The translations under genes were made by a program, and so were the position numbers. DNA of 10,502 nucleotides, taken from positions 1 through 10,502 of IMG/VR virus record IMGVR_UViG_3300007533_000518; one strand, given 5' to 3'. Of the stretch, positions 8,110 through 10,502 are shown in pieces (position 1 is the stretch's first letter; each line of letters begins with the position of its first letter). The notes beneath the pieces are model-generated. The model saw only the letters and a list, made by a program, of their open reading frames with translations. It was not told the DNA's origin and ran no database searches.

Positions 8110-8304
8110 ATGAAGTGTGAGATATGTGGAAGAAGTAATCTAACTGCTAGAGAGCTAGCAGTACATAGAAAGCTTTTCCATAATGAACAGCCTCAGCAGA
8201 TTAGTCCTATGTCTGCTAAGGTATGTCCTGACTGTGGAGCTGCACTAGTTCTTCAGGAAGGTTGTGAGTATTGTAGCATATGTGGATACAGTAAATGTGG
8301 ATAA
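8110..8304 (+). CDS. 64-aa double zinc-binding protein: C2H2 finger plus NrdJ-like C-terminal zinc ribbon
   Basis: C-x2-C-x12-H-x4-H (CEIC...ELAVHRKLFH), then CPDCGAALVLQEGCEYCSICGYSKCG. The ATG at 8104 abuts the -10 box, so the ATG at 8110 is the likelier, leaderless start. Confidence 0.8.
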   Translation: MKCEICGRSNLTARELAVHRKLFHNEQPQQISPMSAKVCPDCGAALVLQEGCEYCSICGYSKCG

Positions 8305-8369
8305 GATGATAAGTATAAAAGAAATATAATTATAATTCCGTATCAGATAGAACTAGGAACATTGAGCAA

Positions 8370-8552
8370 ATGTTAGCTAAGTTAATATGCAAGTTATTCA
8401 AGCATAGATGGCTCTTTGAAATAGGAGTAATAGACCCGCCCAGTAAGAGCATCTGTCATATACCTAGTAGTGAAATTAAACTCATATTCTGTACTAGGTG
8501 TGGAAAGATTATATATGATAGAGAGGAGATACTAAAATTGACATCTGGCTAA
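8370..8552 (+). CDS. DUF1660-like small phage zinc-binding protein, 60 aa
   Basis: KLICKLFKHRW ... CTRCG matches the recalled family pattern KLxCKLFGHKW...CxRC. Confidence 0.6.
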   Translation: MLAKLICKLFKHRWLFEIGVIDPPSKSICHIPSSEIKLIFCTRCGKIIYDREEILKLTSG

Positions 8553-9007
8553 CTGTCTGTCGTAAAACTGTTCCTAAGTGTGCTTACTGCGGAGAACCTA
8601 TACACTTGGGGGAGATAATGGTAGCTGGCAGGATATGGAAGACTAGAGATGGAAAGGTAAGGAGATTTGTAAAGAACTTAAGATGGCACGGACAGAAGAT
8701 AGTAAACCCAGAAGAGCCTCCAATATGCTGCTGGCTAGAAGCAGGTCTAGAGTATCTACGAACTCACCCAAAAGAAGAGACAAGAGGAAGAAAGCAGCTT
8801 CAGCTAACAAAAGCACAAAAAATAGAAAGGTCAAAGATATCAAGACAAAGGGCAAGGTTAGTCCAAAAACTAAAGACACTAATGGAAGTTCCCCTAGCAA
8901 ATCAGGAGCAAAAGGATATAAACGATATAATAAAGATAGGAAGCCAGATAGAACAGTTGAAAGAGAGGATAATACCACTAGGAGGACTGCCTCCGAACTG
9001 GGAATAG
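8537..9007 (+). CDS. Zinc-finger plus basic coiled-coil protein, about 156 aa (probable ATT start)
   Basis: The frame is open from 8522. Extending upstream of the TTG at 8606 adds DIWLTVCRKTVPKCAYCGEPIH, which supplies a CxxC to pair with the later WH...CCW. GAGGAG (8523-8528) is 8 nt before the ATT at 8537. Confidence 0.65.
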   Translation: MDIWLTVCRKTVPKCAYCGEPIHLGEIMVAGRIWKTRDGKVRRFVKNLRWHGQKIVNPEEPPICCWLEAGLEYLRTHPKEETRGRKQLQLTKAQKIERSKISRQRARLVQKLKTLMEVPLANQEQKDINDIIKIGSQIEQLKERIIPLGGLPPNWE

Positions 9008-9351
9008 AATGGATAGGAGATTATTGCCCAGACAATAAACCCCATAACTTAATATGTATATATGAGTTGCATGGCGGAAGCTTATTTAGGTGTAGTAATT
9101 GTAGAAAGTATATATGGCTTCCTACATTTATTAAGGATGCTGCTAAGCTCGATAGTCTCATTGACAGCTATGGAACTACTACTGGGTATTGCAAGTATCT
9201 TGATACTAATAGAAGTGCTAAGATGCTAGTAGCTAAGCTGCAAGACCTATGGTATGCTAGAGCTAAGATTAAGGATGATAGGAAGTTTACTAAATTGGTA
9301 GTTAGAACTATGGAAGACAGCGAGTATGATAGGAGGAACAATGGCACTTAA
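8998..9351 (+). CDS. Small zinc-ribbon protein, about 117 aa (start uncertain, CTG candidate)
   Basis: The protein-like part of ORF 8683..9351 begins at GIEWIGDYCPDNKPH...FRCSNCRKY (C-x5-H...CxxC). GGAGG is at 8981-8985, with in-frame CTG at 8998 or ATA at 9004. Confidence 0.55.
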   Translation: MGIEWIGDYCPDNKPHNLICIYELHGGSLFRCSNCRKYIWLPTFIKDAAKLDSLIDSYGTTTGYCKYLDTNRSAKMLVAKLQDLWYARAKIKDDRKFTKLVVRTMEDSEYDRRNNGT

Positions 9352-9799
9352 AGAAACCGTTACTAAGGAAGAAGTACTAAAATTTGGAAGCGTAGCAAAG
9401 ACTCTAGTGGCAAGACATAACGTAACTTCACCTATGAGACTAGTTATTATAGCTTCTACCGAGAATCCAGATAGCAGCCATACTGTTCTATTTGATTTTG
9501 AGGAGGAGCCTGCTCAGGAATTAGCACCGAAGCAACCTCGCAGGCCAGTCCCTATACCACCTGAGCCAAGAATAGCAGTAGTAAAAATCCCTAGAGGTGT
9601 AAATGCTAAGGCTCTGGAAGGATTCATCAATCAGCTTGCCAATACTATAAAAGGCCAGGTGTTTGTTGTACCTATAAACTTTGAAGTGCTGCTGGGCAAT
9701 ACTGCTAAAGAAGAGGTGGAGAAGATACATAACCAGATACACAAGATGCTTGATATAAATCCAGAATCAGATGAGCCACCAGGGATAGCTGGTAAGTAG
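9341..9799 (+). CDS. Hypothetical phage protein, 152 aa
   Basis: AGGAGGA (9331-9337) favours the ATG at 9341 (MALKETV) over 9326. Two apparent domains are joined by a Pro-rich linker. Confidence 0.75.
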   Translation: MALKETVTKEEVLKFGSVAKTLVARHNVTSPMRLVIIASTENPDSSHTVLFDFEEEPAQELAPKQPRRPVPIPPEPRIAVVKIPRGVNAKALEGFINQLANTIKGQVFVVPINFEVLLGNTAKEEVEKIHNQIHKMLDINPESDEPPGIAGK

Positions 9800-9969
9800 C
9801 AATTTTACAAATCCAAATTCTGCGAAGAGACATAGTTATAAAGTATCCTCACCAAAGTTGCCTGACCGTATGGGTGGTGTTCTTTCATTTAGGACATAAC
9901 CATATGGGAGCAATATCCTTAGGAATAAATCATACAAGAACAGGCTTATCAAAACATACCGAGCAAGGC

Positions 9970-9981
9970 GAACATATGTTC
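9970..9981. promoter_or_regulatory. LexA-type SOS box 1 (GAACATATGTTC)
   Basis: Perfect GAAC-N4-GTTC palindrome ending 2 bp before the -35 of P3. Confidence 0.75.
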
Positions 9982-9983
9982 TA

Positions 9984-10012
9984 TTGACAAACGGTTCTCG
10001 ATATGGTATGAT
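9984..10012 (+). promoter_or_regulatory. Sigma70/sigmaA promoter P3
   Basis: TTGACA (9984-9989), 17 bp, TATGAT (10007-10012), with an extended -10 TG. The RBS AAGGAGGT follows at 10019-10026. Confidence 0.85.
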
Positions 10013-10031
10013 ATACCAAAGGAGGTGTGCC

Positions 10032-10205
10032 ATGACAGGGCAGGAACTAAATACCGAGTGGTGTCGCCGAATGGACATCACAACTAAAAGCATGATACAA
10101 TGCCGAGAACAGGGTGCTGTATCACAAGAGTACCTCGATGGGTTCATTGAGGCAGTTAAAACGAGCATGAACCTATTGGAGGCAATCCTCACCGAGCAGC
10201 AATAG
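10032..10205 (+). CDS. 57-aa hypothetical protein, putatively SOS-regulated
   Basis: AAGGAGGT lies 5 nt before the ATG at 10032 (MTGQELNTEW...). The track start at 9984 is the TTG of the -35 box and is not credible. Confidence 0.75.
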   Translation: MTGQELNTEWCRRMDITTKSMIQCREQGAVSQEYLDGFIEAVKTSMNLLEAILTEQQ

Positions 10206-10213
10206 GATGATTA

Positions 10214-10238
10214 GAACATATGTTCCGAGCAAAGGTTC
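10214..10238. promoter_or_regulatory. LexA-type SOS box 2 (GAACATATGTTC, 10214-10225) with an adjacent degenerate box (GAGCAAAGGTTC, 10227-10238)
   Basis: The 12-mer is identical to box 1, intergenic, and upstream of P4. Confidence 0.7.
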
Positions 10239-10272
10239 TGTTAATTTCCTAGAACATTATGTCAACTATCCC

Positions 10273-10301
10273 TTGACAACTCAAACCGAGTATGGTACAA
10301 T
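10273..10301 (+). promoter_or_regulatory. Sigma70/sigmaA promoter P4
   Basis: TTGACA (10273-10278), 17 bp, TACAAT (10296-10301), with an extended -10 TG. Confidence 0.85.
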
Positions 10302-10309
10302 CTGATTAC

Positions 10310-10379
10310 ATGATGGAATCACAGACCATCATTGGTACTGGTAAAGTGGCAACAGTACCGGCACCTTAACAATTAAATA
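10310..10379 (+). promoter_or_regulatory. Structured 5' leader: two hairpins followed by a boxA-like antitermination element
   Basis: Stem ATGATGG/CCATCAT (10310-10332), stem GGTACTG/CAGTACC (10334-10359), then GCACCTTAACAATTAAATA (10361-10379), which resembles boxA GCTCTTTAACAA. Confidence 0.55.
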
Positions 10380-10396
10380 AAGAAACGGGAGGTACA

Positions 10397-10502
10397 ATGG
10401 CAAACGGAAAACAGAAGCAAGCACAAGCCGAACCACAGGATTCAGTTGCACAGGAGACAGTCACTGAGGAACAGCCATCACAAGAGCAACTCAAATCCCA
10501 AC
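10397..10502 (+). CDS. 5' end of a hypothetical protein with a Q/E-rich N-terminus (truncated)
   Basis: GGGAGGT RBS, then the ATG at 10397. MANGKQKQAQAEPQDSVAQETVTEEQPSQEQLKSQ is open to the window edge. Confidence 0.75.
   Translation, partial: MANGKQKQAQAEPQDSVAQETVTEEQPSQEQLKSQ

Noticed and set aside
8538-8543. Extra TTGACA inside the zinc-finger arm
   Set aside because: The only -10 candidate (TAAAAC, 19 bp away) is poorly spaced, and the site lies within overlapping coding sequence.
8643-8978. 111-aa Leu-rich minus-strand ORF that looks like a membrane protein
   Set aside because: The hydrophobicity is the mirror image of the A/G-rich sense strand. It is fully antisense to better-supported genes.
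9521-9742. 73-aa minus-strand ORF
   Set aside because: Antisense within the 152-aa gene, with no supporting signals.
9836-10192. 118-aa minus-strand ORF
   Set aside because: It runs antisense across P3, the SOS box and the RBS-supported 57-aa gene, and has no clear RBS.
10260-10278. TGTCAA-N7-TTGACA inverted repeat suggesting a divergent promoter
   Set aside because: There is no acceptable -10 at 16-18 bp on the minus strand. It could be an operator, but that is unsupported.
1-10502. Stop-codon reassignment, suggested by frequent TAG/CTA
   Set aside because: Long genes are intact under code 11, and TAG, TGA and TAA all end genes at tight junctions.
1-10502. CRISPR array, tRNA, intron/intein, integrase or intrinsic terminator
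   Set aside because: I saw no repeat-spacer periodicity, cloverleaf, split conserved gene, recombinase motif or GC stem with a U-tract.

Overview
This window is a gene-dense fragment of a tailed dsDNA phage or prophage (Caudoviricetes-like) with two divergent arms that meet at back-to-back sigma70/sigmaA-type promoters near 8.0-8.1 kb. The minus arm is a tightly coupled packaging and morphogenesis operon. In order it encodes a probable small terminase, a 60-aa Arg-rich protein, a BhlA-like holin candidate, a 34-aa Gly/Arg microprotein missed by the ORF track, the large terminase, a Cys-His-Glu papain/transglutaminase-like protease, a small membrane protein, a probable portal, and a >867-aa glycine-zipper protein (also missed) that runs off the left edge. 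The plus arm encodes four consecutive small zinc-binding proteins and one hypothetical protein. One of the zinc proteins fuses a C2H2 finger to a class II RNR-like C-terminal tail, and two appear to use non-canonical starts. The last ~700 bp differ in composition and carry two more near-consensus promoters, two perfect GAAC-N4-GTTC LexA-type boxes, clustered CCGAG pentamers and a hairpin-hairpin-boxA leader. I found no GATC by eye, while CTAG is abundant. All product calls come from motif recognition and gene order; no database search was run.
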